DNA of 64,000 nucleotides from an uncultured Desulfobacter sp. (GTDB taxonomy: Bacteria; Desulfobacterota; Desulfobacteria; Desulfobacterales; Desulfobacteraceae): the NCBI GenBank assembly GCA_963665095.1, contig OY762069.1, positions 2,880,001-2,944,000 of the forward strand, in the 5' to 3' direction. The position numbers and the translations under genes are program-made. This document shows, one piece after another, positions 29,397-38,758 of the stretch; the first letter of the stretch is position 1; each line of letters opens with the position of its first letter. The notes under the pieces are model-generated. The model worked only from the letters and a program-made list of their open reading frames with translations, was not told the DNA's origin and made no database searches.

Positions 29397-31256
29397 TCAG
29401 AGTGTGGGCGGGCGATAGTTTCTTTCCCTGAAGACAGCCCCGGGCAGGGCTTTTTTGATTTTTCGCTTCAGAACCAGCCGGTGAAAATAGGTCATGGGTG
29501 GCCTTGCCGGCCGCAGGCGTCGGGAGGCGGTCTCTTCCGGAAAGAAGAGAAGATCCAGGATGTGAAAGGTTGGCGAGATCCTGTTTAAAAACCCGGCGCA
29601 GCCGGCGCAATAGGTAACAATGGGGTTGGAACCTGCGCTTTTTTTTCGCTTCCCGGTCCAGGTCGCGGCAAGCTCCGCGTCAATGAACCCCACAGAACCG
29701 CCTTCCCCGCAGCAAAGGGTTTTATTTCTTTCAAAGGACATTTTTTTCACAGGCAGGTCCATTCCGGACAGAAGCGAGCGAACCGCTGTATGCACCAAGG
29801 CTTCATCACGCATGGGGCAGGGGTCATGGACCACCAGCGGGGCCTTTTCAAAAGGACGGGAGCCGTCAGGAAATTTGCAGGGCAGGCCTGTGCGGTCTAT
29901 CACCTCGTACACACTTTCCACGGTCATTCCCTTTGCATAAGCACTAAACACTTTATGGCAGTTGGGGCAGGCAAGCCAGACACGTTTGATCCCGTGGGCC
30001 TGCAGATAGTCCAGCATCTCTTTGAACATGGCCTGAAAATAGGTGTCACGTCCCAAATCATGGCTCGGTTTGGTACAGCAGTCCAGAACCATCCCTAAAT
30101 TCGGTTCCGCCCCCTTCAGGGTTTCAAACAGGGCCCAGGTGGTTTTGGGCCGGGTCCCGGGAAGGGTGCAGCCGGGGAAGAAGACGGTATCACAGCCTTT
30201 GGGGAAGGCGTAACATGAAAAAAACGCCGAGGTGCCTTTTTTTTCGTATCCCAGGATAGTGGAATACTTTGACAGGTCTGCCTGGTTTTGGGTGACGGCC
30301 TCCCTTCGTAAATCCAGAAACGCCTCTCCCGGATCCAGGTTTTCAGGACAGACCGCCCGACACAACCCGCAAAGGCTGCATTCAAAGGCAAGGGTCTTCT
30401 GTTTTGCCGGATTCAGGGCCGTGAAAATCTCTTTGGGCGTGCCGTAGCGGGTTAAAAACGCGCACTGGACCTGGCAGGCACCGCATTCAGTGCATTTTTC
30501 AAGAATATCGGCCGTAACAGGGGAGATCGGTTCGGGCCGGTCTGACAGTGCCGCACTCTTTGGGGTTTCAGGATGCCCGGAAAATTCTTTTTTTTTCCTT
30601 ACAAAGGAGACCAGACGCCTTGCCCCAATGGGCAGAATTCCCAAAAAAGCAAGGGAGATCATCAGTTTTCCTGAAAGAATACCGGAAAGGGAGTCGATTT
30701 TTGAAATCTGGCTGCCGGCATTCACAATGACGGCCGTGGCCGGAAGCATGCCTAACTGGGAGACCCAGTAAAAGGTGGTCAGCCGGATGGCAGTGACCCC
30801 CATGACCATATTCACGGCAAAAAAAGGAATCAGCGGAATGAGACGAAGGGCAAACAGATAAAACGCCCCTTCCCGGGCAATGCCCTGGTTCACCCGCTCA
30901 AGCTTGTCTTTAAATTTTTTCTCCACCCAGCCGGCAAGAAGATAACGGGAAATAATACAGGCCAGCAGTGCGCCTATGGAACTTGCAAAGGAGACCACCA
31001 CCGTGCCGGTAACGGTGCCGAAAAAAGCACCACCGGCAAGACCAAGAACCAGTGCCCAGGGTAGATTAAGGGCTACGGAAGGAATGTAAATGCCTGCAAA
31101 AACAGCAATGGCCAGGGCAGGATTTTCAGCATAAAAGGCCTGAATCCTGCCCTGGGACTGTTTGATTGCGTCCAGGCTGAAATATCCGGTCAGTCCAAAC
31201 TTGAAACAGGCCGCAACCAGGCCTGCAATCAGAATAATGAGGAGAACCTTTTTCAA
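29397..31256 (-). CDS. TVP38/TMEM64 (VTT/DedA-like) domain fused to a 4Fe-4S/CCG heterodisulfide-reductase-like domain
   Basis: YLFALRLIPLIPFFAVN and SQLGMLP; CTECGACQVQC and CSLCGLCRAVCP; FFPGC, DCCTKP, HDPC, CCGEGG and YCAGC. Confidence 0.85.
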   Translation of the reverse strand: MKKVLLIILIAGLVAACFKFGLTGYFSLDAIKQSQGRIQAFYAENPALAIAVFAGIYIPSVALNLPWALVLGLAGGAFFGTVTGTVVVSFASSIGALLACIISRYLLAGWVEKKFKDKLERVNQGIAREGAFYLFALRLIPLIPFFAVNMVMGVTAIRLTTFYWVSQLGMLPATAVIVNAGSQISKIDSLSGILSGKLMISLAFLGILPIGARRLVSFVRKKKEFSGHPETPKSAALSDRPEPISPVTADILEKCTECGACQVQCAFLTRYGTPKEIFTALNPAKQKTLAFECSLCGLCRAVCPENLDPGEAFLDLRREAVTQNQADLSKYSTILGYEKKGTSAFFSCYAFPKGCDTVFFPGCTLPGTRPKTTWALFETLKGAEPNLGMVLDCCTKPSHDLGRDTYFQAMFKEMLDYLQAHGIKRVWLACPNCHKVFSAYAKGMTVESVYEVIDRTGLPCKFPDGSRPFEKAPLVVHDPCPMRDEALVHTAVRSLLSGMDLPVKKMSFERNKTLCCGEGGSVGFIDAELAATWTGKRKKSAGSNPIVTYCAGCAGFLNRISPTFHILDLLFFPEETASRRLRPARPPMTYFHRLVLKRKIKKALPGAVFRERNYRPPTL

Positions 31257-31267
31257 ATGAGATCAGA

Positions 31268-31681
31268 CTAATCCGTTTTTACCATTTCTTTATGGGGCCA
31301 CCCCAACTGACCCTTTTCCAGAATCAAAAGACGGTCTTCGGCAATGCCCTGGTCTTTGAGGTAATCATAGCACCGTTTGGCCCCGCCTTTGCCTCTTGGG
31401 CAGACAACGACCACCGGGTCCTGGTTCTTTTTACTTATAGCCACGGCATCATTAAGTTTAGCCTTTTCACTGTCTGATTTTACCGGGTAGGAATAGGTGG
31501 CAATGGCGCCGGGCAGATGGTGGGCCTTAAACTCTTCGGGCACCTGGATATCTACAATATTCACGGGAGCCCCGGTTTCGATCCAGGTCTTGACTTTGTC
31601 TGCCGACACATAGTTATACCCGTCTGCATAGGCCGGGACAGCCAGCAGCACCATTACCAGAACCAGAAAGATTTTTTTCAT
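31268..31681 (-). CDS. Periplasmic rhodanese-like protein
   Basis: Signal peptide (AYA); VDIQ...HHLPGA and VVCPRGKGGA; RBS AAGGA. Confidence 0.85.
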   Translation of the reverse strand: MKKIFLVLVMVLLAVPAYADGYNYVSADKVKTWIETGAPVNIVDIQVPEEFKAHHLPGAIATYSYPVKSDSEKAKLNDAVAISKKNQDPVVVVCPRGKGGAKRCYDYLKDQGIAEDRLLILEKGQLGWPHKEMVKTD

Positions 31682-31988
31682 TTGCTTTTCCTTTTGACAT
31701 GTTAAAAAAATAGTTGGCACATTGATTAAGCTAAACTAAATAGCGAATCAGAAATGGAATAGCAAATTCTATTATTCTAACCTTGCCGGTAATTTTTATT
31801 GAAATCTCCGATTCATCTGACGGGCCCCAAACACGAGTTATTCTCAGGTGCCAGCCGGACAGCGTTTCTTTCATGGATAGAGCAGGCCCGGTGTTGCGTC
31901 TCCGATCGATTCTGCTGCCTTGACAAACGCCTGTCTGCTGTCCTAATAGATGAAGAAATTTTAAATTACTATTCAGAATAGGCAGGTT

Positions 31989-32528
31989 ATGACGTTATAC
32001 GCATATAAACACCTTTTGCCCCAGGTTCACGAATCTGTTTTTATCGCACCTTCCGCCCTGATCATTGGGGATGTCCATATGGCAAAAAATTCTTCGGTCT
32101 GGTTTCAAACAGTGATCCGGGGGGATCTTGCCAGAATCAGCATCGGGAAAGAGACAAATATCCAGGATCTTTGCATGTGCCATGTAGATGAAAATACCCC
32201 TTTAACAGTGGGCAACGGTGTGACCATTGGCCACAAGTGCTGCATCCATGGCTGTACCATTGAAGACAACTGTCTGATCGGCATGGGGGCCATTGTGATG
32301 GACCGGGCGGTGATCGGAGAGGGCGCCATTATTGCTGCCGGTGCGGTGGTGCTGGAAAAAACCGTTATCCCGCCCTACTCTCTTGTCACCGGATCTCCGG
32401 GCAGGGTCAAAAAAACCTATGCGGATCGCGAAAAAATTGACCACATGATGAAACATGCCTCGGATCACTATATGGGAAGAGCCAGGACTTATGCTTCCCG
32501 TGACCTTTTTTATGAAATTCCGCGGTGA
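31989..32528 (+). CDS. Gamma carbonic anhydrase family (YrdA/PaaY-like)
   Basis: Hexapeptide repeats; RGD, TNIQD..CH and TIGH...HGC. Confidence 0.92.
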   Translation: MTLYAYKHLLPQVHESVFIAPSALIIGDVHMAKNSSVWFQTVIRGDLARISIGKETNIQDLCMCHVDENTPLTVGNGVTIGHKCCIHGCTIEDNCLIGMGAIVMDRAVIGEGAIIAAGAVVLEKTVIPPYSLVTGSPGRVKKTYADREKIDHMMKHASDHYMGRARTYASRDLFYEIPR

Positions 32529-32555
32529 GATTTTCTTTAAGTATTAAAGGGTGTG

Positions 32556-32909
32556 TTACCTCAAGGTTTTTTTAATAATTGCATCACCGGCAATGCTTGG
32601 GGGATCGGGAATCTGTAATTTATTTACGAATGATAGGCCCTCTTCATCAACGCCAATGGCCACCTTCAAGTCTTTCAGGTGCAACGTGAAGTAAACAAGG
32701 GGGATGCCGACCGACACTTTCGGCGAAAGGGCCGGGTAGTGATCAATCTGCCTTAAAAGATTCAGATTGAAACCCACCTGGCGTCCCTTAAGGAACCTTT
32801 CTTTGAAGTTCGGGGCAAGCCAGAGAATATTTTGCTGTTCGTCATAGGCCACCCTGCGGGCCTTGAAGTGTTGGGTGATAAAATAAAGTTTCATATCTTC
32901 GGGGTCCAT
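32556..32909 (-). CDS. Hypothetical protein
   Basis: 117-aa ATG ORF filling the gap between genes; no recognised motif. Confidence 0.5.
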   Translation of the reverse strand: MDPEDMKLYFITQHFKARRVAYDEQQNILWLAPNFKERFLKGRQVGFNLNLLRQIDHYPALSPKVSVGIPLVYFTLHLKDLKVAIGVDEEGLSFVNKLQIPDPPSIAGDAIIKKTLR

Positions 32910-33166
32910 TGTTCAATTCATTTTGAGTAATCTTCTATCACTTACCACAATTTCCAGTTTATGCAATTTTTTTAAATAACGCTCTGAAATCCATTCAGAA
33001 GCCAAGATTCCTGTCCGGTTTAAATTCTCTTGATTTTGGTCAGTAAAACTTATTTCCCGCATTGAATTAACAACAAAAGGTTCTGTAAATAATTGTTCTT
33101 CACAGTTTCTTCATAAACCAGGTGTTACATTCCCTGCATATGATAGCACCACCAGTTCATAAAAAG

Positions 33167-33976
33167 ATGGGAAACGTGGAAAACAGCATACGACATTATA
33201 CAAGAGAAAGCGCATGTCCTGACCAGGCGCTTTTCGTCTCAAATCTATTCCGGGGTTGCCAAACACCGGGGGGATGGATGGTGATTTTTCCTGCAATGAT
33301 TATTGCCGGGGCCGTTATACTTGAATACAGCGGGCTGGATTTGTGGTGGGAATCGCTTTTCTTTGACAGCCTGTCGCATTCCTGGCTCTGGCGGGAAAAC
33401 TGGTTATTCCAGGGACTGCTCCATAAAGGGGGACGTTTTTTTGATCTTCTTGCCGCAGGTACCTGGTGTCTGCTTTTTGCTGCCACAATCCTGGATAAGA
33501 ACATACAAAAATACCGAAAACCCCTTTTATATTTTTTATGTGCCGCAATCTCAGGGCCGTTTTTTGTCGGTATTCTTAAACACATAACACATATTTACAC
33601 GCCATGGGATATTATCCCTTTTTCCGGTCCACTTCCATACATTCACCTGTTTGACGCCGTGCCTGAGGGATTGCCGGTGGGGGAGGCTTTTCCAGCGGGA
33701 CATGCCTCAGGCGGCTATGCTTTTGTAAGCCTGTACTTTTTTTTGCACCAGCTCGGCGTTTCAAAAGAAAAATATGGTCTTGCTGCGGGGGTGTTCCTGG
33801 GAGCGATATTCGGATTTGCCCAACAGGCCAGAGGCGCACATTTCCCCAGTCATGACCTGTTTACCATGGCCATCTGCTGGTATGGCGCTTTTTTTATCTA
33901 TTTTCTTTTTTATCCCAAGCAATGGAAAGCATTATTCAATGATCGACACAATTTTAAGGATCCTATAACTCTATGA
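33167..33976 (+). CDS. PAP2 family membrane phosphatase (start uncertain)
   Basis: LK.....TPW, FPAGHASGG and QARGAHFPSHD. Confidence 0.85.
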   Translation: MGNVENSIRHYTRESACPDQALFVSNLFRGCQTPGGWMVIFPAMIIAGAVILEYSGLDLWWESLFFDSLSHSWLWRENWLFQGLLHKGGRFFDLLAAGTWCLLFAATILDKNIQKYRKPLLYFLCAAISGPFFVGILKHITHIYTPWDIIPFSGPLPYIHLFDAVPEGLPVGEAFPAGHASGGYAFVSLYFFLHQLGVSKEKYGLAAGVFLGAIFGFAQQARGAHFPSHDLFTMAICWYGAFFIYFLFYPKQWKALFNDRHNFKDPITL

Positions 33977-36003
33977 AACAGCGTCATTATTTAACGCCTA
34001 TAGTTAAGTTTATTCTACTGGCTGTGGTTTTTCTGTCTGCTTCCCGACTTTGTTTAGCGATATGGCAGTGGCAGCGCCTGCATGGGGTTCATGACTGGAC
34101 CCGGCTTTTCTGGGGGGGATTCAGGGTTGATATTTCAACGCTGTGTTATCTTCTGATTTTACCCGCCTTTCTTTATTCCATATTCGCCGGGTCCCATCTC
34201 GCGGGTAAAATCTGGCAGTATATTTTCAGAATATGGCTGACTGCCGGCGGGTGGTTACTGGTGTATATGGAAGTTGCCACGGTGCCCTATATTCAGGAGT
34301 ATGATCTGAGACCCAATCGTATTTTTGTTGAATATCTAATTTACCCCAAAGAGGTTTTATCCATGCTCTGGGCAGGTTATAAGCCGGAGCTTTTCATCGG
34401 CCTGACCGCTTCCGTGTTAACATGCATATATCTGTGGAAGGCAACGGGCCGATGGTTCAGCAACCTCTCCTATCCGAAATGGCGGTATCGTCCGGCCATT
34501 GCCGTGGCTCTGGTGGCAATGGGCATCCTTGGAGCAAGAAACAGCCTTGAACACAGGCCCATGAACCCGGCCATGGTCTCTTTTTCAACCGATCCGCTGG
34601 TCAATGACCTGGTATTAAACTCATCCTATTCTGTTATTTTTGCAATAACCCAGATGGAGAACGAAGCCAGTGCCGTAAAAATGTATCCGCCTATGGACAG
34701 GTCAAAGGTGATTAACACCATTCGGTCTCAAAGTGAGCTGGCTTCTGATGCATTTTTTACGGATCAATATCCAACGCTTGCTTATCATCAGGCCACGGGA
34801 ACAAAGAGGAAAAATATTGTCATTCTTCTTCTGGAAAGCCATGGTGCGCAGTTTGTGAAGTCCTTGGGCGGAAAAGATTTGTCTCCGAATATGGATACAC
34901 TGATTCATGAAGGTTGGGCCTTCACAAACTTATACGCCACCGGGACCCGTTCAGTTCGCGGTATTGAAGCGCTGACGGCCGGGTTTCCGCCCACACCGGC
35001 CCGTTCAACAGTAAAGCTTGGCAAAAGTCAGACCCGTTTTTTTACCATTGCGGACCTATTAAAAAAGCAGGGGTATGTCACCCAGTTTATCTATGGCGGA
35101 GAAAGCCATTTTGACAACATGAAGCACTTTTTCTTAGGGAACGGTTTCACCGATATCCAGGACAGGCCGACATTTTCAAATCCGGAATATGTTGGATCCT
35201 GGGGCGTCAGTGATGAAGATCTGTTAAAAAAAGCGGATGAGCAGTACACCGGGTTCACAAAGGCAAACAAACCATTCTTCAGCCTGGTTTTTACCAGTTC
35301 AAACCACTCCCCGTTTGAATATCCAGAGGGCAGAATAACCCCTGCCAACCAACCGGCTGCAACGCGCGAAAATGCCGTAAAGTATGCTGATTATGCCATT
35401 GGCCGCTTTTTTGAAAAGGCCCGAAAATCAACGTACTGGGACAATACGATTTTCCTGGTGATTGCAGACCATGACGACCGTACCTACGGCAATCAGATGG
35501 TTCCAGTGGCCCACTTTCATATTCCGGCCATCATCACCGGCAAAGACATTGCGCCAAGACTGGATGACCGTCTTGCCAGCCAGCTTGACATGCCTGTAAC
35601 ACTGCTCTCACTGGCCGGCATCAGCGCATATACCCCCATGATCGGACACGATATGACACAGGATATTCCTGTGTCTAAACAGCGGGCAGTGATGCAGCGG
35701 GGCCGGACATTCGCATGGATGGACGCAAACCATGATGTCGTGGTCTTCCAGCCGCATAAACCCGCGCAGACATTTCACTTTGATGGCCGGACCAGCACCT
35801 TGCAGAAAGCGGATTTGCCAGGGAATATCGTCAAAACCGCGTTGGCCTTCTCTTTGTGGGGGAGCATCGCCTATCAGGACAGTTTTTATTCTCAATTGGC
35901 AGATTATCAGGAAAAACCTGCACCCGAGCGGTTTGCAGAGAAATACTACAGCCCTGCTCTGGAAATAATTCCAGGCGGGCCCATGGAGCGTGTTATAAAA
36001 TGA
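33973..36003 (+). CDS. LTA synthase / phosphoglycerol transferase family (sulfatase fold)
   Basis: 5 TM + NIVILLLES, ATGTRSVRG, SNHSPF, KYAD and ADH. Confidence 0.9.
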   Translation: MKQRHYLTPIVKFILLAVVFLSASRLCLAIWQWQRLHGVHDWTRLFWGGFRVDISTLCYLLILPAFLYSIFAGSHLAGKIWQYIFRIWLTAGGWLLVYMEVATVPYIQEYDLRPNRIFVEYLIYPKEVLSMLWAGYKPELFIGLTASVLTCIYLWKATGRWFSNLSYPKWRYRPAIAVALVAMGILGARNSLEHRPMNPAMVSFSTDPLVNDLVLNSSYSVIFAITQMENEASAVKMYPPMDRSKVINTIRSQSELASDAFFTDQYPTLAYHQATGTKRKNIVILLLESHGAQFVKSLGGKDLSPNMDTLIHEGWAFTNLYATGTRSVRGIEALTAGFPPTPARSTVKLGKSQTRFFTIADLLKKQGYVTQFIYGGESHFDNMKHFFLGNGFTDIQDRPTFSNPEYVGSWGVSDEDLLKKADEQYTGFTKANKPFFSLVFTSSNHSPFEYPEGRITPANQPAATRENAVKYADYAIGRFFEKARKSTYWDNTIFLVIADHDDRTYGNQMVPVAHFHIPAIITGKDIAPRLDDRLASQLDMPVTLLSLAGISAYTPMIGHDMTQDIPVSKQRAVMQRGRTFAWMDANHDVVVFQPHKPAQTFHFDGRTSTLQKADLPGNIVKTALAFSLWGSIAYQDSFYSQLADYQEKPAPERFAEKYYSPALEIIPGGPMERVIK

Positions 36004-37988
36004 TCCGAAAAATTTTCACCCAGCCAACCACCCGGTTTGATCTGATTCTCCAGCTTTCGATTATTGCGCTGGCAGGATTTGCACTGACCCGGTGCGTATT
36101 TCTGGTCCGGTCATGGCCTTTCATCGATCATATAAGTCTTGAGTGGATCTATATCTTTGGTATGGGACTTGTCTATGACATGGCCTTTATCAGCTATTTT
36201 TCCATTCCTTTTATTCTGTTTTTTTGGGCCATGCCCAATAAATGGCTGCACAGCACCCCGGGCAAAGCCCTGATACAGGCCGGATCCTTTCTGATCCTCT
36301 ACGGACTTGGCTTCACCATGGTGGCGGAGTGGTTTTTCTGGAGCGAATTCGGGGTCAGGTTTAATTTTATTTCCGTGGACTACCTGGTTTACAGACAGGA
36401 GGTCACTCAAAATATTGTACAGTCCTATCCGGTCTTTTATATCCTTCCGGTTATTCTGATTCTTACAGGCGGGGTTTTTTACTTCATTCGCCCTGCAATG
36501 GCCAGAGCCCTTTATGTAACAGAATCATTTAAAAAAAGGTCCACGAGGGCCGGCATGCTGCTGATACTGCCCCTGCTGGCGTTTTTTCTTATAAATCAGT
36601 CCGGACGAAATCTCTCCAGCAACAACTATGTCAATGAACTGGCCTCCAACGGCCCGTACCAGCTGTTTGCAGCATTCAGAAATAATCGGCTGGATTACCG
36701 GCAGTTTTATGCCACAGGAGAAGATCGGGATTTGTCCGCCAGACTGAAGAAACAGGTGGTGGACAATACCGGGGAACCCGGAAGCGGCACCTATGATATT
36801 GGCCGGTATGTCACAGCCAAGGACCCTTTAAACAAACTCAATGTCATCCTGATTACCGTGGAAAGCTTAAGCGCCGAGTATCTCACCCGGTTTGGCCAGG
36901 AAAGCGACATCACCCCGTTCATGGACCAGTGGTTTAAACAGGGCCTGCTTTTTACCAATTTTTACGCCACAGGCACAAGGACCACCCGGGGGCTGGAAGC
37001 CATTACCCTTTCCATTCCGCCCACACCGGGGCGCTCCATTGTCAAACGGCCGGACAACAGCCATATGTACAGCCTGGGACGGGTTTTCAAGAGTTTGGGG
37101 TACGATACCGCCTTTTTCTACGGCGGCAGGGGATTTTTCGATAACATGAACGCCTTTTTTTCAGGGAACGGTTACAGGATTGTGGACCAGTCAACGCTTT
37201 CCAGTGACGAAGTCACCTTTAAAAACGCCTGGGGCGTATGTGATGAAGACATCTTCAACCGGACCATCCGGGAGGCCAACCAGACATATGACGCACATCA
37301 ACCGTTTTTCTTTCACATCATGACAACGAGCAACCATCGCCCCTATACCTATCCCGAAGGCAAAATTGACCTGCCGCCGGGCAAAGGGGGACATGGCGGC
37401 TCCGGCCGGGCCGGCGGTGTAAAATACACGGATTACGCGCTGTCAAGGCTGATGGGCCAGGCAAAAGAGCAGCCCTGGTTTAATGACACCGTGTTTGTGG
37501 TGGTGGCCGATCATTGCGCAAACAGTGCCGGACGGGTAGGCCTGCCCGTTTCCAGATATCATATCCCCATGTTTATCTTTGCACCCAATTACATTCCGGC
37601 GAAGGAGGTTTCAACCCTGGCCAGCCAGATGGATATAGCGCCAACCCTATTAGCGCTTCTCAACGTCTCCTATGAAAGTTTCTTTTTCGGAAAAAATATT
37701 TTGTCCACGGATTTCAAGGGCAGAGCGCTCATTGCCAACTATCAGAAGCTGGGCCTTTTGACGGAAAACGAGCTTTTGCTGCTCTCTCCGGGCAAACAGA
37801 TCGACCGTGTTCTTCTGGACCGGGATGAGGTCCGGCTTGATAAGGTGGGAAAGGAATACCCCGGCGTTAAACGCCTGATGGCCTATTACCAGGGAGCCGA
37901 TTATGTATTCACCCACCGGATGAACCGGTGGGATCTCCACTCAGGAAGCATTGCCCAGAGTAAAACCGACTCCCGAGATCATTTATAA
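36000..37988 (+). CDS. LTA synthase / phosphoglycerol transferase family (sulfatase fold)
   Basis: ATGA overlap at 36000; NVILITVES, ATGTRTTRG, SNHRPY, KYTD and ADH. Confidence 0.9.
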   Translation: MIRKIFTQPTTRFDLILQLSIIALAGFALTRCVFLVRSWPFIDHISLEWIYIFGMGLVYDMAFISYFSIPFILFFWAMPNKWLHSTPGKALIQAGSFLILYGLGFTMVAEWFFWSEFGVRFNFISVDYLVYRQEVTQNIVQSYPVFYILPVILILTGGVFYFIRPAMARALYVTESFKKRSTRAGMLLILPLLAFFLINQSGRNLSSNNYVNELASNGPYQLFAAFRNNRLDYRQFYATGEDRDLSARLKKQVVDNTGEPGSGTYDIGRYVTAKDPLNKLNVILITVESLSAEYLTRFGQESDITPFMDQWFKQGLLFTNFYATGTRTTRGLEAITLSIPPTPGRSIVKRPDNSHMYSLGRVFKSLGYDTAFFYGGRGFFDNMNAFFSGNGYRIVDQSTLSSDEVTFKNAWGVCDEDIFNRTIREANQTYDAHQPFFFHIMTTSNHRPYTYPEGKIDLPPGKGGHGGSGRAGGVKYTDYALSRLMGQAKEQPWFNDTVFVVVADHCANSAGRVGLPVSRYHIPMFIFAPNYIPAKEVSTLASQMDIAPTLLALLNVSYESFFFGKNILSTDFKGRALIANYQKLGLLTENELLLLSPGKQIDRVLLDRDEVRLDKVGKEYPGVKRLMAYYQGADYVFTHRMNRWDLHSGSIAQSKTDSRDHL

Positions 37989-38080
37989 AAAAGGCCTCCG
38001 GCATTCGCTGGAAAAAATTTGTTATTTAAATCATATCCAGGTATCTTCAGGAAAAGGTTTCGCAATTGGAACATCTTATT

Positions 38081-38758
38081 ATGAATATTTTAGTGGTTGA
38101 AGATGACAAAGGTCTTCTGGACCAGTTGGAGACCACCCTGAAAAGAAAGCAGTACCGGGTGGATGTCGCCGACAATGGTGAAAAGGCCCTGGATAAAATT
38201 TTTGATATCCCCTATGACCTTGTTCTGCTGGATATTATGCTTCCCCGCCTGGACGGACTCAGTGTTCTTAAAGAGGTCCGAAAGGCGGGACTGGACATGC
38301 CGATCCTTATGCTTACGGCAAGAAGCGATGTCCAGGACCGGGTCAAAGGGCTGGATTATGGTGCCGATGATTACCTTGCCAAACCCTTTTCCATGGCTGA
38401 ACTCATGGCCCGGATCCGGGCAATGCTCCGGCGGAAAGGGAACCGGAACCCGTTGCTTGAGGCAGGCGGGATCTGCCTGGATACCGTAACGCGCGCCGTA
38501 ACACTTAACGGCCTTGCCGTGCACCTGACCGTAAAGGAATTTTCAATCCTGGAATTTCTTTTGCACAACAAGGGCAGTGCAGTTTCCCGGTTCAGCCTGG
38601 CCGAACACGTATGGGGAGATGAGTTTGACCCGTTTTCCATGTCCAACTATGTGGATGTTCATATCAAAAATTTAAGAAAAAAACTGACCACCCGGGAAGA
38701 TGATCCTGTCATTAAAACCATCCGGGGCATCGGGTTTATTATCGAAGAGCAGGCATGA
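38081..38758 (+). CDS. OmpR family response regulator
   Basis: LVVEDD, LDIMLP, GADDYLAKPF and wHTH KTIRGIGF. Confidence 0.95.
   Translation: MNILVVEDDKGLLDQLETTLKRKQYRVDVADNGEKALDKIFDIPYDLVLLDIMLPRLDGLSVLKEVRKAGLDMPILMLTARSDVQDRVKGLDYGADDYLAKPFSMAELMARIRAMLRRKGNRNPLLEAGGICLDTVTRAVTLNGLAVHLTVKEFSILEFLLHNKGSAVSRFSLAEHVWGDEFDPFSMSNYVDVHIKNLRKKLTTREDDPVIKTIRGIGFIIEEQA

Noticed and set aside
20060..31681. Selenocysteine recoding in the rSAM cluster
   Set aside because: ORFs are continuous; the rhodanese active site is a TGT Cys; no in-frame TGA at catalytic positions was seen
31713..31730. Sigma54-like TGGCAC
   Set aside because: No TTGC at the -12 position
31800..31900. Glycine-riboswitch-like words (ctcaggt...ggacag)
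   Set aside because: No upstream GGAGA/CCGAAG elements or matching stems
35856..35999. Longer N-terminus of the second LtaS-like ORF
   Set aside because: Overlaps the upstream gene by ~150 nt; the ATGA-coupled start at 36000 is more plausible
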